Origin: Epithemia pelagica
Taxonomy: Eukaryota > Protista > Bacillariophyta
NCBI GenBank assembly: GCA_946965045.2
Contig: OX337229.1
Location: forward strand, 992,001-1,056,000
Reading direction: 5' to 3'
Length of the DNA: 64,000 nt
Each line of letters begins with the position of its first letter. The first letter of the stretch is position 1. The position numbers were made by a program, and so were the translations under genes. Positions 31,565 through 43,806 of this stretch are shown piece by piece. A model generated the notes under the pieces. It was not told the DNA's origin. It was given only the letters and a program-made list of their open reading frames with translations, and did no database searches.

Positions 31565-33931
31565 TTACGGCGTTGCAGTGGCAGCAGCAGGTCCACTAGA
31601 AGGAGCCACGGATGCGGTTGCAGCAGGTCCCGGGGACGCGGTTGGTGCAGCAGTGATGGCAGGTGGAGGAGACTGCGGTGCTTCGGTCGAAGGAAAGTGC
31701 ACAATGGGACTGCCCTTGTCAGTCCCACCTTGTGGTTGCTGCTTCAATGCTGATCGAAGAGGACTAGATGCCACGGTTGATGGCATCACTGGCGCAGACG
31801 ATGAGATTGTGGCTGTCTCACTGCGAGACATTGGTGAGCCCGCCGCTGAGGACATGCGCGAAGAGGAGTTTGACACCATCATTGCAACGCTCCCACTGCG
31901 ACGACCGCGATTGCTCACCACTCGAAAGTTGCCTCCTGAAGGACGAACGGCATGAGGAGCCACGACCCGACGATTCAACGAGGAATTGGGCGTGACGGTA
32001 GCCGGGTAGCGCGAAGAAAGACGCTGTGCAGGAAGACGAGCCGCTCCTCTTCCGGATCGAACGCGGACGGGAGAGTAAGCAGGCAAGGCGGATGGGCCTG
32101 ATGCTTCTGGCATCCATGCAGTCGTCAGCCCAAGATGAGATGGGTATTGATGCCCCACATAGTTATCATCTTGTTGTCTGTAAGGAATGTACAAGTTCGA
32201 CTGGGGTTGGACGGACCAAATTCCACTTGGTGATGTTGTGGCGGTTGTCGGTGCTGGTGCAGCCGAGGCGGCCGTGGACAACTCGTCTCTGCTAGTGGCA
32301 CTGCTACTGCTGTTCTTGAGAGAACTTTTGGTAGCATTGTCAGAAGCTTGCGGTTTCGATTCATGTTCTTCCTCCGCTGGGTTGCCAGCGGCATCTCCAA
32401 GGGAAGGTACTTGTAGAATCGAGGGAGTCCCCGCTGTGCTTCGGCTCTTCTTGCTGCATTCTTCGTCATGGCTGCTTGTGCTCAAACTTCCACTGGACTT
32501 GACTTCTCTTAGTCTTCGAATCTCCTTAGAAAGATGAGGAAAGCCCCTTCGGAAAAGCTGAAACAATCAAGAGAAATTTTGTGTTAGATCATCTTGTTTC
32601 CGAGGCTCTTTGCACCACCAATTCATTGCCATGATAGAACTTACCGTATGTACATATGCCCCTGCATCGTTTCCGTTGCTAACCTCTGTGAAGCCCCAAG
32701 CAGAGATTTCGGACAAGAAAGTATCGACCGATGCACCCCCAAAATGTTTCGGGAGAACAGATTTCCGCAAGGCATCCCATCGTACGATTCTCCAGGCTTT
32801 TCCATTGTTGCACCATTGCAGAACACCCTCGTCTTCGGCCGAAGCGGCATCCAAGAGATCGTACAACTGTGAAGGAAAGTGCCGTACAGTAGTCACCGTT
32901 TTCGGAGGTGCAGTCGCAATGCCGGCAATGGTCTTGCCTTCTGTGATCTTGGCAGTTTCCGGTAAGGCTTGCCCTCCCTTGAGTTGATCATCGGCGTACG
33001 ATGAACCATGACTCGCGTGAGATCGATCCGGAGACCAAGTGTTGGCGCCTGCCGTTTTGCTCCCGTGCGACACTGGGCTGACGTGATAGGATGAATGTTC
33101 CCCGTCCTCTTGTGGCGCGTGTTGTTTGGTGCGAAGCCAAATCTCCGAGACCATTTTTCGCTTCTTGAAGGGTACTTTCGTTGATTCAGTGGTAGGGGCG
33201 CCGTTTCCGCTGGGCGAACCTGTCTCAAGCTCTTCATCCGCCTCACCGTCAGAAGAAGGTGACTGGGGAGCTTTTCTTTTTTCCTTGGAGAGAGTTCTTC
33301 CAGATGCCAACAGCATCACCGAATGTGCCGCGGCGTGTTGACTGTCAAAGGAACCAGCCGTAGAACGGTTGGTTTGTTTCGTAGTTGTTGCAGTCTCGTC
33401 GTCAGATGAAGCTCCATTTGAGTGTTCAGGTGTTGCATAAACCTTGGGTGTGACGGTGCTGCTGTTGCAGCTGCTCGAAAGTGGTACGGTTGTCACAACG
33501 GCAGTGGGAGAGAGGCTACTTGCATCCTCAGCATGGGCCATCGACGGTACCATGTGAACCGAGGGTGTCAAATGAGCCGCCGTCGTTGGTGGAGCAGTCA
33601 TGGGTGCAGCAGCATGGTGAAGGGGGTGCAGTTGATGGGCTGGTAGAGCGTGGTGATGAGGGTGAGTGCCTGCCGGGACATACACAGTGTAAATGGTGCT
33701 TCCAGGAATGGGCATTGCCGTAGGAGCAGCACCACGATGAATTACGGGAGGTCCTTGTGGCAACGCTGTGAAAGGGACAGACAAGGGAGCAGTCCCTCGA
33801 AAATGTGTGGCTAGTACTGCCGATGGCGCAGCCGTGGTTGGTGTCGGTCTGATGATCCTCGCATCCGACAACGGAAATACATGTTCTTGTGGCTGAGGCA
33901 TTGTGCTGGTGCTTGTGTTATTGTGTGGCAT
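31565..33931 (-). CDS. Heat-shock-factor-type transcription factor with a divergent HSF DNA-binding domain
   Basis: Exons 33931-32645 and 32557-31565 (759 aa). Spliced domain: HFPSQLYDLL..VLQWCNNGKAWRIV..VLPKHF..FLSEISAWGF..GAYVHT/LFRRGFPHL. Confidence 0.8.
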
Positions 33932-35013
33932 TGTCTCTCAACTCTTCGAACGATAAAACACACAGGTTCTTCGATGACAGAATCAAACTTCGCGGTGGTT
34001 AGCGTTGAGAGTATGGTTGTTCACTCTTGCCTCTTGTCAAGAAGTCAACGTTGGTAAATATGACACCACAAATGTTTTGGGGATCTTGCTCACCGATCGG
34101 TTGGCTTTTAGTTGGCTTTGAGAGACGACTGCATCCCCATACTATTTGATATTGGTCCGTACACATGGGTCTTGTGGGATGACTGGATTTGGAGATCTTG
34201 TTGTCCAACGGCCTCGACCATCGAAAACGTAGTCTCATCAGGCGTGAATCGTCCCCTAAGTAAATTTTCTCAACGGCCATTACTTAGAGATTGGCGTCTT
34301 GTCCTCTTTGGCATGGCGCACCCATTCACTAAAGCCTTTGCTAGTGCACTCCATCTCTATACAATGGCCGCGTCCCGCTTCAACGGACCAACAGCCTTCG
34401 AAAGTTGTATCTACGTCGCGCCAGCCATTCTTGAGAGGAGCGACCCGTTCGGTCGCAATCTCCAGCGCTAAACACTGATTCTCCGTTTAGTGGGTTATTT
34501 GTTCTATCATTCTTGGAGCGCCTGGTATTTAATCTGGGTCACGGGGGCCGTCCATCAACGGTCAGTCTTGTGGACGGAAAAACTGGATCAAACGGATACA
34601 CGGAAGTGGGGGCATCTCAGACTCAACGGGCAACGGGCGTGCTCCATAGATTCCGTTTACAAGACTTGGTCTTCCCTTCCGCTTTTCTCTTGCGGGGGAG
34701 TTGGGGACTTCGCACTTTGCTATTGCTTTCTGTTGGGGCAATAGGAACCATCTAAGGAAAAAATCGTTTTGGGTACACTCGTGCACGTCAACTGACATTG
34801 TCATAACGCGGGCTCTACGCGACTGCGGATTTTGGGGGACTGATTTCCGTTCAAACAATGGGGCAGCAGAGATCTGCATGGTTGAACGGAAATCAGACAC
34901 CCTTCCCATGGAACAACGGAAGGCGCACATCAATTCAACGGATCCCTTTCCACGAATGTGCAAACATGCCAAAAAGCGCCCCAGGAAAGAGGTCACATGT
35001 CAAATTACAAGGT

Positions 35014-35103
35014 TCCCCCTTTCCCTTTCCCTTTCCCCTTTCGCCAGAATTTGAATCGGGACCCTTGATCCTTCATGGTTATGGTTATGGTTATGGTTAT
35101 GGT
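35014..35103. repeat. Adjacent hexamer microsatellites
   Basis: Imperfect (CCCTTT)~4 at 35014-35041 and (ATGGTT)4.8 at 35075-35103. Confidence 0.8.
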
Positions 35104-36101
35104 CTAATCCCCCAACGAAAATGACCAGATACTGGACTCGGAACTTAACCATTTGATTGCCCTTCCCCCAATAATGGGGATGCCTCAAGAACTGCTATTG
35201 CTATTGGTCTACCTACTTCGAACGCAACGGCCAAAGCACACGCTTTTCAAATAATACAATCCCTTGAACCACACGACTAGCGACTACTACGGATTTCGAA
35301 TTTCGAACCGAGTCTCTCAAGGAAACGGTGCCACAACCAAAAACGCAACAAGAAGGGAGTAGGAAGTAGGACCCAATTTGTGTGTTGCCATTTGCCATCC
35401 GTTATCCGTTGGGCATGCCTGAGTGTATCGTTTGCAAGACAAGGCAATCGTGCTAGACACCAGACGGGTTCGACGTTTGTTGCTCAAGGGATCGAAAAGA
35501 TAGAGATTAAGGTATAGTCTGGCTCTAACCACCAGCATCAAGACAAAGATTCCCATTTTGGCGACAATAGACATAAGTGCCAACCAACATGACCTAGCGA
35601 CGGGGATGGGCAACGGAATGGAAAAGTCTCCTCTCCGAATTGTGTCCCATAAAACATACCGATGACACAATACGCAAAACATTGATACGGCATATTGTCG
35701 AGAACAAAAAGTTTATCTATGGTTATCAAGAAAGGCAAACTTACCTCGTCTGCTAAACGTAGATCCAAAGGTGTTTGGGTGTCTTGTGAAATGAGAGTAA
35801 AAAGTTCGTCCTTGTTTGCTAGAAGTATGCTTCATAGTGTGAAAGCATAGCTTAAACAATCATGGAAATGTTCAAGAAATTTCTTTTTCTTATCCAACAT
35901 CCAACTTTGTTTCTGGAACGGTAGGTAGTCTCTTGAGACCATCTCCGTCACCACCTCGGCACCAGTCCCAACGCCAAAGCCATTGTGCCGATGGAATCCT
36001 AGCTATATGTGCGACTTAGATTCGATTGACGATTGGTATGCGACTGAGTCGCTGTCTGTCTGTGGTCGGGCAAAGAGTTGTTTCTCAACTTTCAACCATT
36101 C

Positions 36102-39100
36102 ATGTCAAGAGTTTTTCGATTCTCGACCATGACACAAGAAGAAGAAGGGGACGTGAATCTGCGCTTGTCCGAGACAGCCAAGAAAGAGGATCATGAATCC
36201 CAAGGAAGTCGTAAATCATCAAGAATCGAAGATGAACTGAAACCGATAAGTTCGGAAGAAGAAGATGATAATGATGTACCAGGACAAACTCCAGGATCCA
36301 GAACCTTGTCGACGGCTCCTCCAGCATGTACATCGTCTCGTTTCTTTTCGCCTTATAGGACGTTGGGTATCGTGAGTAGTGGTAGCCCATTCTTTCTGGT
36401 GCCACATGACCATTCAGGAAATGCAATGGTGGCTTTGCCCATTGGCGATCGATTTCAGTTTATGCGCACGGATCATTTAAGGCCCTCCCTTGTGAGTCAA
36501 TCCGTTCCAAGCAGTTTGACTGGAGGGAAACATAAGAGAAGCGGACGGCAAGAAATTTCTCATATGGTCACCGATGCCACTTTGTCTATATCCGTTGTGG
36601 CCCATGGACGACGACCTGGTGGCTCGAAAAGCACCTTCTTGGACTCTTCATACTATGCCGATCGAATATCCTTGTTTTCGAGAACACAACCGCTAGACAC
36701 CAAGTCTCTTCTTGGAAACAGAAAGGACTGGTGTATTCAAGATCTGGTTCATCTTGGTCGCGTGAAACAACGAATGAGTGGTGAAAAAGAAGGAAAATTG
36801 GAAAATGTTGCAGTGGTCGCAGTCATTCTGGGTCGCTTAGACTCTGCACAGGAGACGATGCAAAGTGTTCCGGTCGTTGGTGATGATGATGATGACGACA
36901 ATTCAACAGAAGAAGGTGGCTCTGATAGCAGCGAAAGTGAAGGTGACGATGATTCCTCATCCAGCGAAGATGATGATGACGACCCTCAATGTCATTGTGA
37001 AGTCGTCGTCGTGGTTGCCTCTCGCAATGACATGACGATCCAAAATCGCATTCCTCTGTCTAGTGCCCCCAATTTTTCTCCCCTCGTCGCAGTTCATCCT
37101 TCAACTTACTTGAACAAAATCGTTGTGGCAGGCTATGATACCGTCAAAAGACGAGCAGCCATGATTCTTTTGAATATACGCTCGGGAAAAATCATACACA
37201 CATTTCAATGTCTGAACTCGTCGTCTAAAGACGGTTCCAGGATTACAACTCTTGCTCAGTCTCCGGCCGTGGATACAGTTGCGGTAGGGACAAATCATGG
37301 AATTGTCCACTTGGTAAACCTCCGTCATGACAAGAAGCTCTTCTCGTTGGAGCACAAAACTAAAAAAAGCAATAAACCAACACAGATTACTTCGGTTTCC
37401 TTCCGAACCGATGCTTCAGCCTTACAGTATTCGACTGCGCCCATGGCTGTCGGACGTCAAGATGGGACCATAACAATTTGGGATTTGACGCCTCCCGAGG
37501 ATCCATCCATGGATCGCAGCATTCTTCATGAAATGCAAAATGTACATCCACCGGGTGGTATCTCAAAATTGCAATTCTTGCCTCAAGAACCGCTGCTTTT
37601 GTCAACTGGAACGCAGTCAAATGCAATTATCATGCACATTTTCGATAACCCAGACCATTCAGGAAGAATACTTCGCATGCGCAAAGGCCATACAGCGCCA
37701 CCGCGCTTTATCCAATACCTGCACCCTGGAACTGGAGCCGGAGGTGGAATCCTAGCCAATGCTTCAGATGGTACTGATGCCGCAGCTTGTCAGATATTGT
37801 CTGGGGGAGGCCGTGACCGAACTCTTCGAGTCTTTTCGACCGCACGAACCGTCTCTGACAAGGAGTATGGTCAAGGACGGGGTTTGGTGAAAAAGGCAAA
37901 GCGATTGGGAATGGAAAGCACGACAGACCTCTTGCTTCCTCCGCTCACGTCCATGGCCACCTCAGAAGCTCGAAGTCGAGATTGGGGTGATCTCGTCACC
38001 ATTCACGAAAATCACTCGTTTGCCTATGTTTGGAATACGCGGAGGGGAGCACAGTCAGGACCGGTTCTCCGACAAGAAAAGTGGAATGTTAGTACAATGA
38101 AAGTCCCGCCTCCGTCCCATACGCATGCCACGAGTGTCGCAATATCGGCCTGTGGTAACTTTGCGCTAGTTGGTTCCCGAGGGGGAAGAGTATACAAGTA
38201 CAACATCCAAAGTGGCATTCCGAGGGGCTCCTATCCGAAACACGGTGACGAAGAAGCTGAAAGAAAGAAAAATCGTTCTTTCGTCCCTGGGGATGTAGGC
38301 CGTGCTGTGAAAGCTCTGGACAAAAGCAAGAAACTCACGAGCCGACCATCCAACCTCGACAAGATGGAGCTGGATGCTGAACAGAGGAAAAAGCAAGAAA
38401 AAAGGCTGCAAAAGAAGCTTAACGATGCCTCTCACTTGGGATTTGCCGTATCAGGATTGGCAGTTGACGCAATCAACAAAACCTTGATATCAGTGGGTAT
38501 GGATGGCAAGCTGATTCTATGGAATTTGGTGACTCATTTGCCCCATAAGAAATCCCCATTTAATCTTGCCTCTCCTGCGACGAAATTGCGTCTAGTGCGA
38601 GATTCCGGTCTTGCAGCTATCGCCTTGAAAGACTTCTCTGTCCTTGTTTTTGACACCTTGACTCAATCCATAATTCGAAGGTTCGGAATCGAAGGATCAC
38701 AATCTGCTCACCAAGGGCCCATAAGTGACGTTGGTTTCAGCCCAGATGGACGAAGTTTGTATACCGCGTCTATGGACTCGACATTGCGGGTTTGGGATGT
38801 GCCAACAGATTCCTGTGTTGATTGGCTACGTTTCAAAACCCCACCGACGTCGATTGCTGTCAGCCCGACCGGAGAATTCATCGCTACCGTGCATACCGGT
38901 AGTATTGGCCTCTCTGTTTGGTGCGACCGTAGCTTTTACGAAATCGTGTACACGGAGGGTGAACCACCCAAAGAGGCAGCCCATATGGACGAACCTACTC
39001 CTCTTGCCGACCAGTGGGATGCATCTCATTCCGATGGACGAGTCGCTCATGTAAGGCCAATCCAAACACGAGAGGAGAGTGCCGTCACGGAATCAAGCGG

Positions 39101-39992
39101 TCCGCCTCAGGCAAAACACGAAGGTATCGTTACTTTGTCGGGACTCGCGCCATCGCACTGGAAGAATCTTTTTAGCTTGGAGCTGGTGAAACAAAGAAAC
39201 AAACCTAAAGAGGCCCCGAAGAAACCTCCTTCTGCTCCATTTTTTCTTCAGTGGCGAGCTGGAGAAGCCGTTGTACCTGGGGAAGATACTAAATCGCAAG
39301 ATGAAGAAGGGGGCGAATCGAAATCCGAGGATTGGGCCGGTGTATGGAGCGATGACGACGGTGATGGTGACGCTGGCAACAATGCTTCCATAACTGAAGC
39401 GCAGTTATCAGAACTGGTTCGTGAGGACAAGAGAAGAATTGGGTCCGATGAAAACGATGATAAACCACCTTCGCAGAAGAGAAGAAAAACAGTTCGGCAC
39501 GCCCGTTCACACCTTTCATCTCTTCTCTTGACATGTAGTGATGAACAAAAAGAAAGTCCCGAAGAACAGAAGAGAAAGTACAGTAGAGTGAGTGAATACA
39601 TCGCTACTCTTGGACCGTCGGCGATTGACGTTGCGCTTTCGACTTTATGTCATGGTCAACATGATCTCGAGGAAGGTCTACCGTTGCTAATTTTAGCTGC
39701 AGAATGGCTTCTGGAAGAGACGCGTACAAGAGAACGTTTTGAAGCCGTTAACGCATATCTTCACCGCTTTCTCCACCTTCACGCTTCAATCGTTGCTGGG
39801 GTTGACGACAGCCCAGGTCCCCGTAGTGACTCAGAAGACGGCAGCAATGTTCACGAACATTCCGAGCAACTGAAGCAATTGAGAATGGTTGTATCTGAAC
39901 TACGGGGGCAGCAGTCTGAATCAACTATCGCGCTACGGAACAAAATGCAGAAGGCAACTTGCATGCTACGTCATTTATCGAGAATGGTTTAA
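36102..39992 (+). CDS. UTP21: U3 snoRNP-associated WD-repeat protein UTP21/WDR36
   Basis: FFSPYRTLGIVS at the N-terminus, HPSTYLNKIV, QSPAVDTVAVG, multiple WD repeats (ITIWD, LRVWD), and C-terminal W..L..LELVKQRNKPKEAPKKPPSAPFFL. Start is 36102 or 36129. Confidence 0.93.
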   Translation: MSRVFRFSTMTQEEEGDVNLRLSETAKKEDHESQGSRKSSRIEDELKPISSEEEDDNDVPGQTPGSRTLSTAPPACTSSRFFSPYRTLGIVSSGSPFFLVPHDHSGNAMVALPIGDRFQFMRTDHLRPSLVSQSVPSSLTGGKHKRSGRQEISHMVTDATLSISVVAHGRRPGGSKSTFLDSSYYADRISLFSRTQPLDTKSLLGNRKDWCIQDLVHLGRVKQRMSGEKEGKLENVAVVAVILGRLDSAQETMQSVPVVGDDDDDDNSTEEGGSDSSESEGDDDSSSSEDDDDDPQCHCEVVVVVASRNDMTIQNRIPLSSAPNFSPLVAVHPSTYLNKIVVAGYDTVKRRAAMILLNIRSGKIIHTFQCLNSSSKDGSRITTLAQSPAVDTVAVGTNHGIVHLVNLRHDKKLFSLEHKTKKSNKPTQITSVSFRTDASALQYSTAPMAVGRQDGTITIWDLTPPEDPSMDRSILHEMQNVHPPGGISKLQFLPQEPLLLSTGTQSNAIIMHIFDNPDHSGRILRMRKGHTAPPRFIQYLHPGTGAGGGILANASDGTDAAACQILSGGGRDRTLRVFSTARTVSDKEYGQGRGLVKKAKRLGMESTTDLLLPPLTSMATSEARSRDWGDLVTIHENHSFAYVWNTRRGAQSGPVLRQEKWNVSTMKVPPPSHTHATSVAISACGNFALVGSRGGRVYKYNIQSGIPRGSYPKHGDEEAERKKNRSFVPGDVGRAVKALDKSKKLTSRPSNLDKMELDAEQRKKQEKRLQKKLNDASHLGFAVSGLAVDAINKTLISVGMDGKLILWNLVTHLPHKKSPFNLASPATKLRLVRDSGLAAIALKDFSVLVFDTLTQSIIRRFGIEGSQSAHQGPISDVGFSPDGRSLYTASMDSTLRVWDVPTDSCVDWLRFKTPPTSIAVSPTGEFIATVHTGSIGLSVWCDRSFYEIVYTEGEPPKEAAHMDEPTPLADQWDASHSDGRVAHVRPIQTREESAVTESSGPPQAKHEGIVTLSGLAPSHWKNLFSLELVKQRNKPKEAPKKPPSAPFFLQWRAGEAVVPGEDTKSQDEEGGESKSEDWAGVWSDDDGDGDAGNNASITEAQLSELVREDKRRIGSDENDDKPPSQKRRKTVRHARSHLSSLLLTCSDEQKESPEEQKRKYSRVSEYIATLGPSAIDVALSTLCHGQHDLEEGLPLLILAAEWLLEETRTRERFEAVNAYLHRFLHLHASIVAGVDDSPGPRSDSEDGSNVHEHSEQLKQLRMVVSELRGQQSESTIALRNKMQKATCMLRHLSRMV

Positions 39993-40114
39993 TGCTATTA
40001 GTAGCTTTGAAGTTTAATCTCGTGCAATGGCATACGACGACTGAGTTGTGGTGTAGCAGATAGGAGCCCTAGCTGTCTATTGTCGTGTGAAGTCCTGAAG
40101 TGTGTGCGAAGTTT

Positions 40115-42868
40115 TTACTGCAAGAAGTACTTTGAGCCAGATCCTGTCTGCACCAAGTTGCCTGGTGCAGCATTGCCTCGGATTGGTGATGTCGTGATCT
40201 TTGTGCCGCTCTTGAAATTCTTGGATCCGCTGATGAACCCTGTAATTGAACCATCAGCGTTCTGCTTCCAACGAGCCAGAGTTGGTACACCAGCAGGCGC
40301 TTTCTTTGGAGCAGCTTTCTTGGGTGCTGCCTTTTTCGCTACTGGAGTAGATTTCCTTCCGGACGAGGGGAAGAGACTCAACGTTCCAGGTCGGTTGGGG
40401 ATGACAGGTTCACTCTTCTTCTTTGGAGCCGCACTTCCCCCACCAAACAAATTCAATGTACCGGAGCGATTTGGAATGACAGGCTCTGGTTTCTTTTCTT
40501 CTTTCTTGGTAGTGCCGAAAACACTGAATGTTCCCGAACGGTCAGCCGGTTGAGGCGGGGGCGACTTTTTCTTCTCGCCACCGCCTCCAAAGAAAAGATT
40601 CAAGGTACCAGGTCTGTCAGCTACAGCTTCGGGAGAACGGGGTTCAGCCTTCGACGCCTTCGCTGGAGTGATAGGAGCAGGTTCAGGAGATCCAAAGAAC
40701 GAAAAGGCGGGCTTAGGAGCTGGAGCTTTGATGGGAGGGAGTTTGACCGGCGCCGGAGTCGGTTTCGGAGCAGATGGTGACCCGAAGAAGGAGAATGCAG
40801 CAGGCGCTGGGGCTGGAGCAGGGGTCGGAGGAGCAACGGGTTGTGGTGCTGGCTTTGGTGACGATGGAGATCCAAAGAAGGAGAATCCAGAGGGCGCAGG
40901 GGCCGGAGAAGCGACTGCTGGAGGAGCAGGCGCGGGAGCAGGAGCCGCTTTCTTTGCTGGAGCAGGAGACCCGAAGAAGGAGAATGGAGTCGACGGCGCG
41001 GCGGGTTTCTTTGCGGCGACTGGAGCGGGAGCGGGAGGTGCAACGGTCGGAGCGGGAGCTTTCTTCTCGGCGGGAGCAGAGAAGAAATCAAACAAAGAGA
41101 AGGATGGTTCAGCAGCTTTAGGTGCGGGAGTAGCGACAGGTGAGGCCTTTTTCACAGCCTTTTTGACGGCGACAGGGGTCGGAGCAGGAGCGACCTTCTT
41201 GACGGTTTTCTTTGGTTCTTGAGAGGAACTTCCGAAAAACGAGAAGACAGGGCTGGGTTCCGCCTTGGGTTTGGGTGCAGCTGGTGCAACTTTCTTGACA
41301 GCTTTCTTGACAGGAGCCTTCTTCGCTGGTTCGGACGCGGAGAAGAAGGGCAGAGGAGAAGCTTTCTTTGCAACTTTCTTCGCCGGTGCTGCCTTGGGCA
41401 TGGAGAGGAGCTGTGTCTTTTTAGGCGCAGGAGGAGCTTGCTTCTTCTTGGGGAGGTTGAGTTCAAACGAAAACGGAGAGAACGATGACTTCTTAGGAGG
41501 GGCGGCCCGTGCAGATGACGAAAGAATTTGCTGTTGTTTACGCTCCCATTCTTGTGCCTTCTTACGGGCAACCTCTGCCGCTTTTTCGGACAAAGCCCGT
41601 CTCTCCGCGACTTGTCTAGCCTCTTTTTCTGCCTGTGCCTTGGCGGCGGCGATGGCGGCCGCTGCCGCAGCACTAGCAGCCTTTTCCGCCTCCCGTTGTT
41701 GAGCCGCCTGACGAGCACTACGTTCTTTTTCCAAAGCCTTGCGACGTTCCTCTTCTTCTTTCAAAGCACGCTTTCTCTCTTCGGCTTGCTTCTTGACCAT
41801 TTCAGCTTTGGCTTGTTGACGCTTCTTTTCGGCTTCCGCCATTTTCGCGCGAGCTGCTTCTTCGGCCTCCTGTTGTTGACGGACTTGTTCGGGGGTCAAC
41901 TTTTCGAACAATTCAAACGATTCAAAGGTCTCAATAAGACGTGGAAGTGGTTTGTTTTGCAAGGCCTTAAACTCCTCTTCGGTGCAGTCAGCAAATTCGT
42001 TCAAGTCCATGGCTTTGCCTGTTTCCTTCGCAAATCTTTCCATGGTCATGTAGTTACGAACAAACGCTTGGTAACGAGTCTCATCTGGTTCTTTGCCAAA
42101 TTCTCGGCACCATTCGAGGTAGGCAGATCTCGCCTTGGCCTCTCCAGCGATATTTTCAGTTTCCAGTTCACCACCATCGGCTGCAATACCTTCCATCGAA
42201 TCCAAGGCCACCTCAAGTTCGTCGACGCTTTCCAAACCGAGTTTCCTTGCGAGAGCCTTGCGACGACACACCACAAAATCAAGGTTAAGAAAACGAATCA
42301 ACACTTTCAACGCTGCAAACCGAACCAATCATTAACGCTAGATGACAAGTCGCCTTACCTCTTCCTCTTCTGCCAAGGCATCTGCCGCATCCTTAAGGGC
42401 ATTGCTGGCTTCCGACTGGGACTGCGCCGCATCGAGCGCTTTGCCGAGCACATCGCCCGTTGTGGTAGCACCTTCCCCAGACATTGCCACCATGTATTCC
42501 TCCTCCGTATAGTCTCCATACTCATTCAATTTCATCAAGGTTGGAATTTCCGAACCTTCTTCACGCGCCTTCTTCTTGGCCACCACATTGGCCACCGTGA
42601 TGGCTTCGTAGTTGGCCTTGAAGACCAGATACCGGTCTTCGTCGTAGTCACCCTTTTCGAACTCGACGCGCCACTCATCGTACGCCAATCGAGCGGCAGC
42701 GTCGTACGGGATTTTAACATCCGTGCCAACGCTATCGGCCACCATCGACATGAATCCAACATGGTTGCGTGGGATGCCCCTCAATTTGTGGTTTTGCTGG
42801 GCAGACGGCACAAAGGCCGAGGCACCGGACACTGCTAACAGCGCAAGTACCGAAGATGCAAATTGCAT
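40115..42868 (-). CDS. Plastid-targeted 883-aa repetitive protein: two I29-like repeats, coiled coil, FSFFGS-repeat linker and C-terminal beta domain (PyShell/Shell-like)
   Basis: Exons 42868-42359 and 42256-40115 (phase-0 GT-AG intron). MQFASSVLALLAVSGASA-FVP is a bipartite plastid signal. See the finding for motif details. Confidence 0.8.
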
Positions 42869-43806
42869 GGTTTTGCTTCTCTTTGTGTCTTCGTTTCTCC
42901 ACGACACTGTGTGCTGCAGTGCTACTATACCACTACAAACTACAAGCCGTTCTTCGAAATGGTGATGTTGGATGAGAGAGGGGATGGTCAATCGTTGGGG
43001 GTGGTGGCTAGTGGACGCATTTCATCAAACCACATTCCAGATCATCACTGACGTCGCGAAAAGATCGCACCGATGAGTTCAACCGTGAGTGGTGTTACAT
43101 AGCGAGAGACGGTAACAGACGGACAGACGTCCTCGTCATACCATAGATCGATGACGTCATGGAAGCGAAAAGTCAGTTGACATTCGGAAGCTCCGATGAG
43201 ATTGTCGGTTGTCGGTTGACCCATGGACCGTGGGCAGTGGTTTCACCGACTCGGAACTTCCCTTCGAAAAGATTCTCCCAAAATGGCGGCCGTCGTACCG
43301 AAGGATCCTAACCCAATATATCAATACAAAAACAGTGAACTCAAGGAGCCATTCATTCGAACCGCTCACAAGGCCTTCCCATTCACAAGGCCACCCCTTC
43401 GGTTCTCTGAAACAAGGAGTCCGTACGAACGAGTCCGTTCCATCACGCTGTGAATGAATCTCCATCATCACTGTGAATGAAAAAATGAATCTCCAAGATG
43501 CGTGTCCACAAAATAACATGGAGACCGATTCTATCCCCAAACATTTGGTGACCGACAAGATGGAAAAGAACCCCGGGAAAGGTATCCATTTGATTAGATG
43601 ATGACGGTGGCTATTCTCGTGAGAATTTCGATTCTCTTAAACATAACAATAATGTGTGCGCTATTGACTCTACAACCAGCATCGGACGACCATTCATCCA
43701 TGAGCTCCCACCGACATAATTTCATAGTTGGACAGAGACGTCACGATTGACTTTATCGTCTCCATTGTACAACATCAATATCACACAACGCTTTGTCAAC
43801 ACGACC

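Noticed and set aside
35014-35103. Possible interstitial telomere-like repeats
   Set aside because: Units are CCCTTT and ATGGTT, not CCCTAA/TTAGGG, and the arrays are very short; ordinary microsatellites.
40668-42838. Long plus-strand ORFs (184, 145 and 436 aa)
   Set aside because: Antisense shadows of the repetitive plastid protein on the minus strand.
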